Positions 36,442 to 47,795 of a stretch of 64,000 bases of DNA are shown here, piece after piece (the first letter of the stretch is position 1; each line of letters opens with the position of its first letter). The stretch comes from an uncultured Gammaproteobacteria bacterium (GTDB lineage Bacteria > Patescibacteriota > Patescibacteriia > Magasanikbacterales > JBBTQS01). A program made the translations under genes and the position numbers. The stretch spans positions 173,705 to 237,704 of the forward strand of contig OZ246400.1 in the NCBI GenBank assembly GCA_965230935.1, read 5' to 3'. The notes beneath the pieces are model-generated. The model was not told the DNA's origin. It was given only the letters and a program-made list of their open reading frames with translations, and ran no database searches.

Positions 36442-36825
36442 ATGCGCATGACACCGCAACAACTAGGACAGGGATTGTACGAGTTGCTCGCTGATTTGCC
36501 GCGCAACAAGCAGGAGGGAATAATTACTGCGTTTGCAGCGTGGTTGAAGAAACAAGGAAAACTCCATTGGGGAAAATCAATCGCCCGAGCTGTGCAGCAG
36601 TATGGAGATGTTCAAGAGACCAAACAGCGTGTTGAAGCAACGGTGGCGCGTGAGATGCCTGAGCGAGAAGCGGCAGAATTAAAAGTTGCGCTTGAGAAAG
36701 CACTTAGTGCAAAAGAAGTTCGTCTGCATGTTGATGAGCAACTCATCGGCGGAGCAGTTATTCAAAAAGGATTCACCATAATCGATGCAAGTGTAAAAGG
36801 ACAATTGAATCGCCTGCATTCATAA
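36442..36825 (+). CDS. atpH: F0F1 ATP synthase subunit delta (OSCP)
   Basis: Short (127 aa) delta subunit with the C-terminal [12 protein letters not shown] pattern. Position between atpF and atpA. Confidence 0.8.
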   Translation: MRMTPQQLGQGLYELLADLPRNKQEGIITAFAAWLKKQGKLHWGKSIARAVQQYGDVQETKQRVEATVAREMPEREAAELKVALEKALSAKEVRLHVDEQLIGGAVIQKGFTIIDASVKGQLNRLHS

Positions 36826-36836
36826 TCTATACGTAT

Positions 36837-38330
36837 ATGTCAACAAAACAGATTGTAGAATCATTACAAAAACACATTGAGCAGTTTGATACCAATGTTG
36901 AAGTCGCCCAAGTCGGCACTGTTATTGAGGTAGGTGATGGAATTGCGCGCATGAGCGGACTTACCGAGTGTGGGGCAATGGAGATGCTCGAGTTTACTGA
37001 TGGTACGACCGGTGTAGCGCTGAACCTTGAGGAGGAAACTGTTGGGGCGATTATCCTAGGTGAGTACACCGGTATTACCGAAGGTTCGACCGTGAAACGA
37101 ACCGGTAAGATTTTGTCCGTGCCAGTCGGTGAACAAATGCTTGGTCGCGTGGTGAGTCCGTTAGGTGAGGCCAAAGATGGTAAGGGAGAGATTAAAAGCA
37201 AGCAACAATATCCAATTGAGAAGATTGCTCCTGGCGTGATGAAGCGTGAGCCGGTTGATACTCCGGTGCAAACTGGTATTAAGGCAATTGACTCCATGAT
37301 TCCAATTGGTCGTGGGCAACGTGAGTTGATTATTGGAGATCGTCAAACTGGTAAAACCGCTATCGCAGTCGACACGATTATTAACCAAGCCAAGGGAGAC
37401 ATGATCTGTATTTACGTAGCGATTGGTCAGAAAGAATCAAAAGTTGCTCGTATTGTAAATAAACTTGAAGAAGCAGGCGCCATGGATAACACTATCGTAG
37501 TGGTAGCTGGTGCATCAGATCCTGCAGCACTTTCCTTTATTGCACCATACTCCGGGTGTGCCATGGGAGAGTATTTTATGGATCAAGGAAAAGATGTTTT
37601 GGTTGTATATGATGATTTGACCAAACAAGCTTGGGCATATCGTGAGGTTTCACTATTGCTCCGTCGTCCGCCAGGGCGTGAGGCATATCCTGGTGATGTA
37701 TTTTATTTGCACTCTCGTTTGCTTGAGCGCGCCGCGAAGATGAGTAAAGAGCATGGTGGAGGATCACTCACCGCACTACCGATCATCGAAACCCAAGGTG
37801 GTGATGTGTCAGCATATATTCCAACAAACGTGATCTCAATTACTGATGGGCAAATTTACCTCGAGTCCGATCTGTTTTATCGTGGTATTCGCCCAGCACT
37901 TAATGTAGGATTATCTGTGTCTCGTGTTGGTTCAGCAGCACAGATTAAGGCGATGAAAAAAGTCGCCGGACCGCTTCGACTTAACTTGGCGCAGTTTCGA
38001 GAGCTTGAAGCGTTTGCCCAGTTTGCTACTGACTTGGATGACGCTACTCGTCAGCAGATTGAACGAGGAAAGCGTATGGTAGAGATGCTCAAACAGCCAC
38101 AATACGAACCAATGGACGTAGCAAACCAGGTTGCCATTATCTATGCGATTACCAATGGATTTTTGGATGAGGTTGACGTTGATAAAGTTGCGGAGTGGGA
38201 ATCAGCACTTCACGCATACTTTGCTCAGCAAGAAGCTGATTTACTTGCTGAAATTGTAACTGGGGATTGGAAAGAAGTTGAACCAAAATTGAAGAGCGCG
38301 ATTGAAGAGTTTGTGCAATCACAGCAATAA
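36837..38330 (+). CDS. atpA: F0F1 ATP synthase subunit alpha
   Basis: Walker A ([11 protein letters not shown]) and alpha-subunit signature regions. Confidence 0.97.
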   Translation: MSTKQIVESLQKHIEQFDTNVEVAQVGTVIEVGDGIARMSGLTECGAMEMLEFTDGTTGVALNLEEETVGAIILGEYTGITEGSTVKRTGKILSVPVGEQMLGRVVSPLGEAKDGKGEIKSKQQYPIEKIAPGVMKREPVDTPVQTGIKAIDSMIPIGRGQRELIIGDRQTGKTAIAVDTIINQAKGDMICIYVAIGQKESKVARIVNKLEEAGAMDNTIVVVAGASDPAALSFIAPYSGCAMGEYFMDQGKDVLVVYDDLTKQAWAYREVSLLLRRPPGREAYPGDVFYLHSRLLERAAKMSKEHGGGSLTALPIIETQGGDVSAYIPTNVISITDGQIYLESDLFYRGIRPALNVGLSVSRVGSAAQIKAMKKVAGPLRLNLAQFRELEAFAQFATDLDDATRQQIERGKRMVEMLKQPQYEPMDVANQVAIIYAITNGFLDEVDVDKVAEWESALHAYFAQQEADLLAEIVTGDWKEVEPKLKSAIEEFVQSQQ

Positions 38331-38344
38331 GCCTTGTACTCACT

Positions 38345-40694
<2,350 letters not shown>

Positions 40695-40696
40695 TT

Positions 40697-41125
40697 ATGG
40701 AAAAATCTCGACTGCAATTTACTATTGTCACTCCTGAGTCAACAATCTTTGACGGATCTGTTGGTCAAGTTTCAATTATGACTGCAGCCGGAGAAATTAC
40801 CGTGTTGCCACATCACATTCCATTGCTTGGAATTTTGACTCCGGGTGAGCTTAAGATTCAAGATGATAGTGGTGAGGAATTACACATCGCAGTAGCAGGT
40901 GGTTTTGTAGAAGTGGCAGCTGATAATCATGTGACGGTTTTGGCTGATGCGGCAGAGCGCGCTGATGAGATTGACTTGGAGCGTGCGCAACAAGCACAAG
41001 AGCGTGCTCGTATTGCGCTTGAGAAAAAACAATTTGCTAATGATATCGAATTTGCCGCGCTGCAAGCCGCACTTGAGAGATCGCTTAGTCGGATTAAAGT
41101 TGCACGGAAACGCCGAAGGAAATAG
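40697..41125 (+). CDS. atpC: F0F1 ATP synthase subunit epsilon
   Basis: N-terminal beta-sandwich and C-terminal helical hairpin. Position after atpD. Confidence 0.9.
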   Translation: MEKSRLQFTIVTPESTIFDGSVGQVSIMTAAGEITVLPHHIPLLGILTPGELKIQDDSGEELHIAVAGGFVEVAADNHVTVLADAAERADEIDLERAQQAQERARIALEKKQFANDIEFAALQAALERSLSRIKVARKRRRK

Positions 41126-41164
41126 GACAACGTAGTGATGCAAAAATTACTTTAGAATAAGAGA

Positions 41165-41205
41165 AAAAAAGACGAATCTGTGTTATAGATTCGTCTTTAA
41201 TTTTA
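41165..41205 (+). terminator. rho-independent terminator of atp operon
   Basis: aaagacgaatc-tgtgttata-gattcgtcttt perfect 11-bp stem followed by a T-run. Confidence 0.8.
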
Positions 41206-41213
41206 GCTAAATA

Positions 41214-41242
41214 TTGACAAATATTCAATTTTAATGTATTGT
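41214..41242 (+). promoter_or_regulatory. sigma70-like promoter for Cys-rich lipoprotein gene (TTGACA-17-TATTGT)
   Basis: aTTGACAaatattcaattttaatgTATTGTg. Followed by a GC-rich structured leader (ggccacagtggcc palindrome; gccatg...catggc stem). Confidence 0.55.
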
Positions 41243-41337
41243 GCTACCTTATAGGAGGGCCACAGTGGCCAGCCATGCGGCGATGATTCCATGGCATGAA
41301 GCTGTGGGTTCTTTGACAATTAGAGGGGGTTCGAAAG

Positions 41338-43989
41338 ATGAATCGAATAGCTATTACCCTTGCCTTTGCCGCCCTGATCGCAGGGTGTGCAGACGCATCG
41401 GTAGATCCAGGAACGGTCGAGTGTTTCGGCGAGGCCTGTGCCAAGCCGGACGCCGATACGACCGGTGGTGGGGAGGTAGTCCCTCCGGATACCACACCGG
41501 ATGTCGGCGACACCGGTGATGACAGTGATGATCCGGATGTGCTCGAGACCGACGACGGTGCTGAGGTGGACGACATCAATGACGCCGATACGGCCGTCGA
41601 GGATGTGGACATCGACGTTCCGGACGAGGGTGATGATGGCGACACGCCGGATGTGCCCGAGACCAACGACGGTGCTGAGGTGGACGACACCGAGGACACC
41701 GACGAGACGACGGACACGGACGAGACCGATACGCCTGTTGATCCCTGCGATGGGGTCGACTGCACGGACGACAACCCGTGCACCATCGACGAGACGTGCG
41801 TGGATGGCGAGTGTGTCAGCTCGCCGGTCGTCTGCAACGATGACAATCCGTGTACGGACGATGCGTGCGTCGTGATTGAAGGTGGGTGCGTGTATACCCC
41901 GAACGCAGTGCTGTGTGAGGATGGCGACCCGTGTACGCTGGAGGACGCCTGTGTGGACGGTTCCTGTGCGCCTGGCGCACCGAAGATCTGCCAGGATGCC
42001 AACTTCTGCACCGTGGATGCGTGCGACCCGGTTTCCGGGGAGTGTGCCTTCGTGGTCGTGCCCGAGCCCTGCGATGATGGGAACGAGTGTACGCAGGAGG
42101 AGGTGTGTCAGCAGGACGCCACGTGTGGCAACGGGGCGGAAGTGGAGTGCGCAGACGAAGATCCGTGCACGAACGACAGCTGCAATCCGGACTCGGGTTG
42201 TGTGTTTGCTCAGAAGGAGTGCGACGACGAAGATCCGTGCACCGTTGACTTGTGCGAGACCGAGTCTGGCGAGTGTACCTTCGTGATCGTGCCGGAGTGC
42301 AAATGCGCTCCTGAGCAGTGTACGGACGACAACCCGTGCACGTCGGACGTGTGCAACCCGCTCGACGGGTCCTGCTCCTTCCCGTTCAACACGGAGCCGT
42401 GTGACGATGGCGACCCGTGTACGTTGGAGGACGCCTGTGCGGACGGTTCCTGTGCGCCTGGCGCGCCCAAGTCGTGTATCAGTGAGAACATCTGCCTGAG
42501 CGCGAGCTGCAATCCGGAGACGGGGAGCTGTGAGCTGAGTGAGAACACCGCGCCGTGTGACGATGGCGATGCGTGCACCCAGGAAGATGTGTGTAACGAA
42601 GGTTCGTGCGCTGGCGTGCTGATGGTGTGTACGGACGACAACCCGTGCACCGAAGGCGACACGTGCAATGGCGGCACTTGCGCCGCCGGGGAAGCCAAGG
42701 TCTGCGAAGACGGTAACCCCTGCACGGTTGGTGCGTGCGACCCGGATTCCGGGGAGTGCGCGTTTTCCCCGGACAACGGGGGAAGCTGCACGGACGACAA
42801 CCCGTGCACCAACGACGTCTGCCAGGACGGGGAGTGTGTGAGCGAGGCCAACAGCGCCTGCTGCACTGAAGACGCGCAGTGCGCTGACGAGCTGGCCTGT
42901 ACGCAGGACCAGTGCGTGGAGCAGTTGTGTAAGAACTTCGTCATTCCGGGCACCGGGCATTGCCTTATCGAGGAGGTGTGTATTCCGGAAGGGGTGGTCA
43001 ATTCGGCCAACGACTGTGAGGCTTGCACCTCGATGGTCAACCCCAACGGGTGGAGCCCGCTTGTGGATGGGAGCGATTGCGAAGATGGACAGGCGTGCAC
43101 CGAAGGCGACACGTGCAATGGCGGCACTTGCGCCGCCGGGGAAGCCAAGGTCTGCGAAGACGGTAACCCCTGCACGGTTGGTGCGTGCGACCCGGATTCC
43201 GGGGAGTGCGCGTTTTCCCCGGACAACGGGGGAAGCTGCACGGACGACAACCCGTGCACCAACGACGTCTGCCAGGACGGGGAGTGTGTGAGTACCACAG
43301 TCGCGTGCGACGACGGTCTCCCATGCACTCTGGATTCGTGTGACGAGGCGGGCGAGTGTCAGTACGAGCCCAAGACGTGTGACGACTCCAATCCGTGCAC
43401 CATCGATTCGTGCGAGCAGAGCACCGGCGATTGCGTAGGTGAGCTTGCTACGGTGAAGTTCCAGGACATCACCGCGGCCAAGTGCCTCACGCTTCCGCCG
43501 TTCATGCCATGGTTCGCGTTTGATGACTTCGATGACTCGGAGTCGCCCAATTCGAACATCTGGCACTGCGGTCACGACTGCCTGAACATCGACGCGGCCT
43601 GCCAGTCGCAAGTCGGTACGATCCGTCCCGGGTTTACGCACAACGGGGACCAGCACACCTTTACCATCGACCCGCAAGCAGCGTTTCCGGAACTTGACGG
43701 CATGACCATCTCGGCCGCCTTCACGTTCCGCAGGCAAGGGGTAACGCCCAACGACCTGACGCCGCCTGAGGTTGTGGTGAAGCAGACCATCGACGGAATC
43801 GAAACGGTGCTTGCCTCGCAGTTCCTGGGCAAATCACCGAACAACAATTTCGATTTCCTGGTCGAGTTCCTGGTTGGTGATGGTTTGGTCACGGTGTACT
43901 ACACGCCCAACGACTTCATCCCCGACTCGGAACGCACGCTGCACATCATGCTCGACTCGAACATCGAGCTGCAGCCTGTGTGTCCCTGA
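41338..43989 (+). CDS. large Cys-rich tandem-repeat lipoprotein (CxDDNPCTxDxC repeats, slime-mold/Dicty-CTDC-like)
   Basis: Lipoprotein signal (MNRIAITLAFAALIAGC), acidic D/E/T-rich linker, then roughly 20-25 repeats of about 22-25 aa with 4 Cys each (e.g. CTDDNPCTIDETCVDGECV). C-terminal roughly 170-aa Cys-poor domain. GC-rich codons. High-GC cassette gene E. Confidence 0.85.
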   Translation: MNRIAITLAFAALIAGCADASVDPGTVECFGEACAKPDADTTGGGEVVPPDTTPDVGDTGDDSDDPDVLETDDGAEVDDINDADTAVEDVDIDVPDEGDDGDTPDVPETNDGAEVDDTEDTDETTDTDETDTPVDPCDGVDCTDDNPCTIDETCVDGECVSSPVVCNDDNPCTDDACVVIEGGCVYTPNAVLCEDGDPCTLEDACVDGSCAPGAPKICQDANFCTVDACDPVSGECAFVVVPEPCDDGNECTQEEVCQQDATCGNGAEVECADEDPCTNDSCNPDSGCVFAQKECDDEDPCTVDLCETESGECTFVIVPECKCAPEQCTDDNPCTSDVCNPLDGSCSFPFNTEPCDDGDPCTLEDACADGSCAPGAPKSCISENICLSASCNPETGSCELSENTAPCDDGDACTQEDVCNEGSCAGVLMVCTDDNPCTEGDTCNGGTCAAGEAKVCEDGNPCTVGACDPDSGECAFSPDNGGSCTDDNPCTNDVCQDGECVSEANSACCTEDAQCADELACTQDQCVEQLCKNFVIPGTGHCLIEEVCIPEGVVNSANDCEACTSMVNPNGWSPLVDGSDCEDGQACTEGDTCNGGTCAAGEAKVCEDGNPCTVGACDPDSGECAFSPDNGGSCTDDNPCTNDVCQDGECVSTTVACDDGLPCTLDSCDEAGECQYEPKTCDDSNPCTIDSCEQSTGDCVGELATVKFQDITAAKCLTLPPFMPWFAFDDFDDSESPNSNIWHCGHDCLNIDAACQSQVGTIRPGFTHNGDQHTFTIDPQAAFPELDGMTISAAFTFRRQGVTPNDLTPPEVVVKQTIDGIETVLASQFLGKSPNNNFDFLVEFLVGDGLVTVYYTPNDFIPDSERTLHIMLDSNIELQPVCP
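42644..42842 (+). repeat. 199-bp perfect direct repeat, copy 1 (inside Cys-rich lipoprotein gene)
   Basis: Identical base-for-base to 43094-43292. Encodes CTEGDTCNGGTCAAGEAKVCEDGNPCTVGACDPDSGECAFSPDNGGSCTDDNPCTNDVCQDGECVS. Confidence 0.95.
43094..43292 (+). repeat. 199-bp perfect direct repeat, copy 2
   Basis: Identical to 42644-42842. The 450-nt offset is exactly 150 codons, so recombination between copies would be in-frame. Confidence 0.95.
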
Positions 43990-44020
43990 CCCTCAAGACA
44001 ACAACAAACCTACAACAGTA

Positions 44021-44055
44021 AGAGCTCTCCTTTCCAGGAGGGCTCTTTCTATTTA
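44021..44055 (+). terminator. hairpin terminator after Cys-rich lipoprotein gene
   Basis: agagctctcc-tttcca-ggagggctct 10-bp stem followed by ttctatttatt. Confidence 0.7.
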
Positions 44056-44084
44056 TTGCGTTTTAACGCGTTTTCCTTCACAAT

Positions 44085-47039
44085 ATGGCCATGGATATTT
44101 TGGGATCACTTAATGCTCAACAAAAAGAAGCGGTACTCCATCGTGGAAGCCCGCTGATGATTGTTGCTGGCGCCGGAACCGGAAAAACAACGGTATTAAC
44201 ACGCCGTATTGCACATATTATTACGCACGATACCGTACCGCCGAAGAATATTATGGCAGTTACGTTTACCCAAAAAGCTGCGGCTGAATTAGTAACTCGC
44301 ATTGGAGAGTTTATTCCTGAGGCACCCTACGAAATGGTCGCTGGGACATTTCATGGTGTATGCGAGGGGATTTTGCGCGAGTACGGTCATGATATTGGAT
44401 TGCCAGTTGGGTTTACGGTACTTACTGAACACCAAGCGTGGATGTTGGTAAAACAACATCTGAGTGAATTTGATTTGCAGTATTATCGCCCGCGGGGGAA
44501 TCCAACACAATTTGTACAATCACTCCTTACACACTTTTCAAGATGTAAAGATGAACTTGTAACGTGGCAAGCATACATAGATTATGTCGAAGAACTTAGG
44601 CTCAATACCGATACTGCCACTGAACAATTCACTCAAGAGTATCAACGGTTATCAGAACTTGCTCATGCATATAAAACGTACGAAGAATTATTGTTGAAGA
44701 ATTCATATCTTGATTTTGGTTCGTTGTTACTCTATACCGTCGAGTTAATCCAAAATCGACCAAACATTCTTGAAAAACTTCAAGAAAAATTTGCTCATAT
44801 CATTGTTGATGAGTTTCAAGATACCAACTATGCACAGTATTCACTGTTACAAACCCTTTGTGATTCTTCAAAAAATAATCCACCAGAGATTACTGTGGTA
44901 GGGGATGACAATCAAAGTATTTATCGTTTTCGCGGAGCAACGATTGGGAACATTTTGCGGTTTACCGATGATTTCCCGAAAACAAAGCAGGTGGTACTTA
45001 TCCAAAATTACCGTTCTACTCAAGGAATTTTGGATCTTGCATACCAACTCATTAGCCATAACAATCCGCATACACTTGAATCCAGATTGAAAATTGACAA
45101 ACAACTTGTTGCACAACGTACCGGGACATCAGCGGTACAATACATCACGAGTACTGATGCCTACAGTGAGTGCATACGTATTGCACAGCACATTAATGTG
45201 GTGCATGACTCTGGAGCACCATGGAATAGCATCGGTATTCTTATCCGAGCGCATCATCATGCAGAAGAGTTTAAAAGCGTATTACCAAAGCAAGGAATCC
45301 CGATTGCTGTTCATGGTCCAGGAGGATTTTTTGAACACCCAATCGTGCTGTATTGTTTGGCTGTTCTAACCATTATTACCAACGCGCATGAATCCCAGGC
45401 GTTGTTTTCTGTTCTGGATTATCCACCATTTCGACTCCATCATGAAGACCGGATGGCATTGATACAGTTTGCAAAACGTAAAGGGATTTCGCTATATCAG
45501 GCATGTCAAAATCACCAGCAAGTCACTCTTTCAGATCAAGGTCACGCACAAATAGAAAAGCTGGCGAGTGATTTGCGGTTTGTCGCAGATCTACGAAGTC
45601 GAGTCGGGATATCTGAATGTATCATCCAATGGTTGGAACGGAGCGGCGCTATGCAATATTTTGCAAAGGCGCAAGAAGATGGTTCTATCGAGGAGCCTTT
45701 TGTCGCACTAGAGTCATTTTGTATTTACAGTAAAGAGTTCGAGCGACTTCACACTATTAAAAGTGTAGAAGCATTTCTGGCTTGGCACGATGATGTGTTG
45801 GCTTCAGGAGGATACGATCAACAGCAAGAAGTACAGCGACAGACTGATGCGGTTCAAATTATGACTGTTCATGGAGCCAAGGGGTTGGAATTTGATCATG
45901 TCATCTTGCCGCAATTGGTCCATTTACGTTTTCCGACACGTGCCCGACGCGAAAAAATTCCGATCCCTGAAGCAATCCGAATGCATAAAGAAAATGCAGC
46001 AAGTGAACATATTCTTGAAGAGCGTCGATTAGCATATGTGGCGATTACCAGAGCACGTGATTCACTTTTGCTTTCTCATGCAAGCAACTATGGTGGGAAG
46101 ACAACGCGCAAGCCATCGCAATTTATTACCGAGATGGGATTGGATGAACTCCCAGATACACAGACAATCTCAATAGTCTCATCTGAAGCTCCAACACCAC
46201 CTGCAGCTCGCAAACCAAAGGCTCATATCGTTGGACAACAGCGCACCCCAAAACGAATGTCATTCTCTCAATTGCAAACATATGTGCGTTGTCCGTTGCA
46301 GTACAAATATCGATATGTGCTGCGCGTTCCAACTGAAGGAAATCATGCCTTAAGTTTTGGTTCAACTATTCACAATACATTGCAGGCATGGATGGAGAAA
46401 CTCAAGATACTGCGAAGTGCGCAACAGCAAGGACTATTTGATACTCCGCAAAATACGAGTAGCGATGATGGCAGTGTGCCTGATGTGCAAGAGTTATTGA
46501 ATATCTATCATGAAAAATGGATTGATGATTGGTATCAAAATGAACAACAAAAAAAGGAGTATCAAGATCATGGTGTACAAATATTGAAAACATTTTACGA
46601 ACACCACCAACCTTTTCCACAACTTCCACAAGCGATTGAACAATCGTTTACCATTCCGATTGGAAATTGTACTTTTACCGGAAGAATTGATAGAATAGAT
46701 AAAAATGAGCAAGGGGTCACGATCATTGATTACAAGACCGGTGAGCCAAAAACAACATTACAAAAAATTGATAAGCAGCAATTGCACTTGTATCATCTTG
46801 CGCTTAAGCGTGACCCACGACTTGCATATCTTGGTCCGGTGAACTCACTTGAGTACTGGTATCTGAAAGATCATAGTATAGCAACCATCCCTGCTGACAC
46901 AGAGCTACTACTTGAATTTGAACAAGAGGTAATCACCGTTACTGACCAGATAGCTGCTCAAGAATTTGATCCCAAGCCAAACCCATTTACATGTCGCAGT
47001 TGCGACTTTAAAACCATTTGTCCGTATCGTAAATTGTAA
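44085..47039 (+). CDS. UvrD/PcrA-family helicase fused to a C-terminal PD-(D/E)XK (RecB/Cas4-like, 4-Cys) nuclease domain
   Basis: Helicase motif I (AGAGTGKTTVLTRRIA) and further UvrD-like motifs. C-terminus has a Cys cluster (FTCRSCDFKTICPYR) typical of Cas4/AddB-type nucleases. Confidence 0.85.
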   Translation: MAMDILGSLNAQQKEAVLHRGSPLMIVAGAGTGKTTVLTRRIAHIITHDTVPPKNIMAVTFTQKAAAELVTRIGEFIPEAPYEMVAGTFHGVCEGILREYGHDIGLPVGFTVLTEHQAWMLVKQHLSEFDLQYYRPRGNPTQFVQSLLTHFSRCKDELVTWQAYIDYVEELRLNTDTATEQFTQEYQRLSELAHAYKTYEELLLKNSYLDFGSLLLYTVELIQNRPNILEKLQEKFAHIIVDEFQDTNYAQYSLLQTLCDSSKNNPPEITVVGDDNQSIYRFRGATIGNILRFTDDFPKTKQVVLIQNYRSTQGILDLAYQLISHNNPHTLESRLKIDKQLVAQRTGTSAVQYITSTDAYSECIRIAQHINVVHDSGAPWNSIGILIRAHHHAEEFKSVLPKQGIPIAVHGPGGFFEHPIVLYCLAVLTIITNAHESQALFSVLDYPPFRLHHEDRMALIQFAKRKGISLYQACQNHQQVTLSDQGHAQIEKLASDLRFVADLRSRVGISECIIQWLERSGAMQYFAKAQEDGSIEEPFVALESFCIYSKEFERLHTIKSVEAFLAWHDDVLASGGYDQQQEVQRQTDAVQIMTVHGAKGLEFDHVILPQLVHLRFPTRARREKIPIPEAIRMHKENAASEHILEERRLAYVAITRARDSLLLSHASNYGGKTTRKPSQFITEMGLDELPDTQTISIVSSEAPTPPAARKPKAHIVGQQRTPKRMSFSQLQTYVRCPLQYKYRYVLRVPTEGNHALSFGSTIHNTLQAWMEKLKILRSAQQQGLFDTPQNTSSDDGSVPDVQELLNIYHEKWIDDWYQNEQQKKEYQDHGVQILKTFYEHHQPFPQLPQAIEQSFTIPIGNCTFTGRIDRIDKNEQGVTIIDYKTGEPKTTLQKIDKQQLHLYHLALKRDPRLAYLGPVNSLEYWYLKDHSIATIPADTELLLEFEQEVITVTDQIAAQEFDPKPNPFTCRSCDFKTICPYRKL

Positions 47040-47041
47040 TT

Positions 47042-47332
47042 ATGCAATCTCTTTCCGATGACCTGCACAAACGAGTTGCCAAAGCCGGCATCACCAAACA
47101 AGTTGAGGCTTCAGCTATTATTGAACAGGCAACCGAAGCGCTCAAGAAGGTGATGAAAGAACATGCATCCCATATTCGTCCACAATATGTTAAAAATGGC
47201 ACCCTTACCGTTACGTGCGATTCAGCGGCTATTGCACATCAACTTAAACTTCAGGAGCCTCAAATTTTAGCGGAAATTCACAACAATAGCGGTTCAACAA
47301 CCACAGTTGAGCGTATTCGCTATCTATTGTAG
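47042..47332 (+). CDS. DUF721 (DciA-like) protein
   Basis: NGTLTVTCDSAAIAHQLKLQEPQILAEIHN matches the DUF721 core (G.L.V...S.AWA.EL..L.P.IL..LN). Confidence 0.7.
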   Translation: MQSLSDDLHKRVAKAGITKQVEASAIIEQATEALKKVMKEHASHIRPQYVKNGTLTVTCDSAAIAHQLKLQEPQILAEIHNNSGSTTTVERIRYLL

Positions 47333-47388
47333 AGGATCTTGCGCAAAACCAACATCTGCAGTATCCTGCCAAGTAGGCAGGTGTTTGT

Positions 47389-47793
47389 TTGCCAATATTG
47401 GCATCTATGACTTTACGACAATATTTGCTTGTGATGAGCTTTGCTACATTGCTATGCTTGATAGCATTGGGGTTTGTGATTTTTATGATTGACCCCTTTG
47501 AATCAAATCTCCTCGGCGTGGTGCTCTTTTATGCAAGCTTCTTTCTCTCAGTGCTGGGTGTCTTTTCATTGGTAGGGTTTGGTATTGAGAGCCTAGTGTT
47601 TAAACGAGAAACCATTATTTTTCGGAAGGTCAAAAAAAGTTTTCGCCAAGGGGTGTTGTTTGCCACATTACTTTGTGTTGTGTTGGCGTTAGCACACGCC
47701 CAAATGTTGTTTTGGTGGACGATTTTACTCTTGGCTATCGGCTTGAGCTGCATTGAATTTGTGTGGTCTCGAGAAAAACGTATTCGATCGTAA
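47389..47793 (+). CDS. hypothetical membrane protein
   Basis: 134 aa with four hydrophobic helices. Confidence 0.55.
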   Translation: MPILASMTLRQYLLVMSFATLLCLIALGFVIFMIDPFESNLLGVVLFYASFFLSVLGVFSLVGFGIESLVFKRETIIFRKVKKSFRQGVLFATLLCVVLALAHAQMLFWWTILLLAIGLSCIEFVWSREKRIRS

Positions 47794-47795
47794 CT

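Noticed and set aside
42300-43300. CRISPR array suspicion because of periodic repeats
   Set aside because: Repeats are in-frame coding repeats of a Cys-rich protein with variable spacing and a diverged DNA sequence (except the one 199-bp duplicate). There are no short identical direct repeats with unique spacers and no cas genes.
41320-43737. Long antisense ORFs in GC-rich genes (41320-43737 -, 42210-43328 -, 41244-42011 -, 13386-14174 +, 17407-18093 -, 18335-18682 -)
   Set aside because: These are classic stop-codon-poor shadow frames of high-GC coding DNA. Products are Arg/Ala/Val/Ser homopolymer-like. The sense frames have SDs, signal peptides and regular Cys periodicity.
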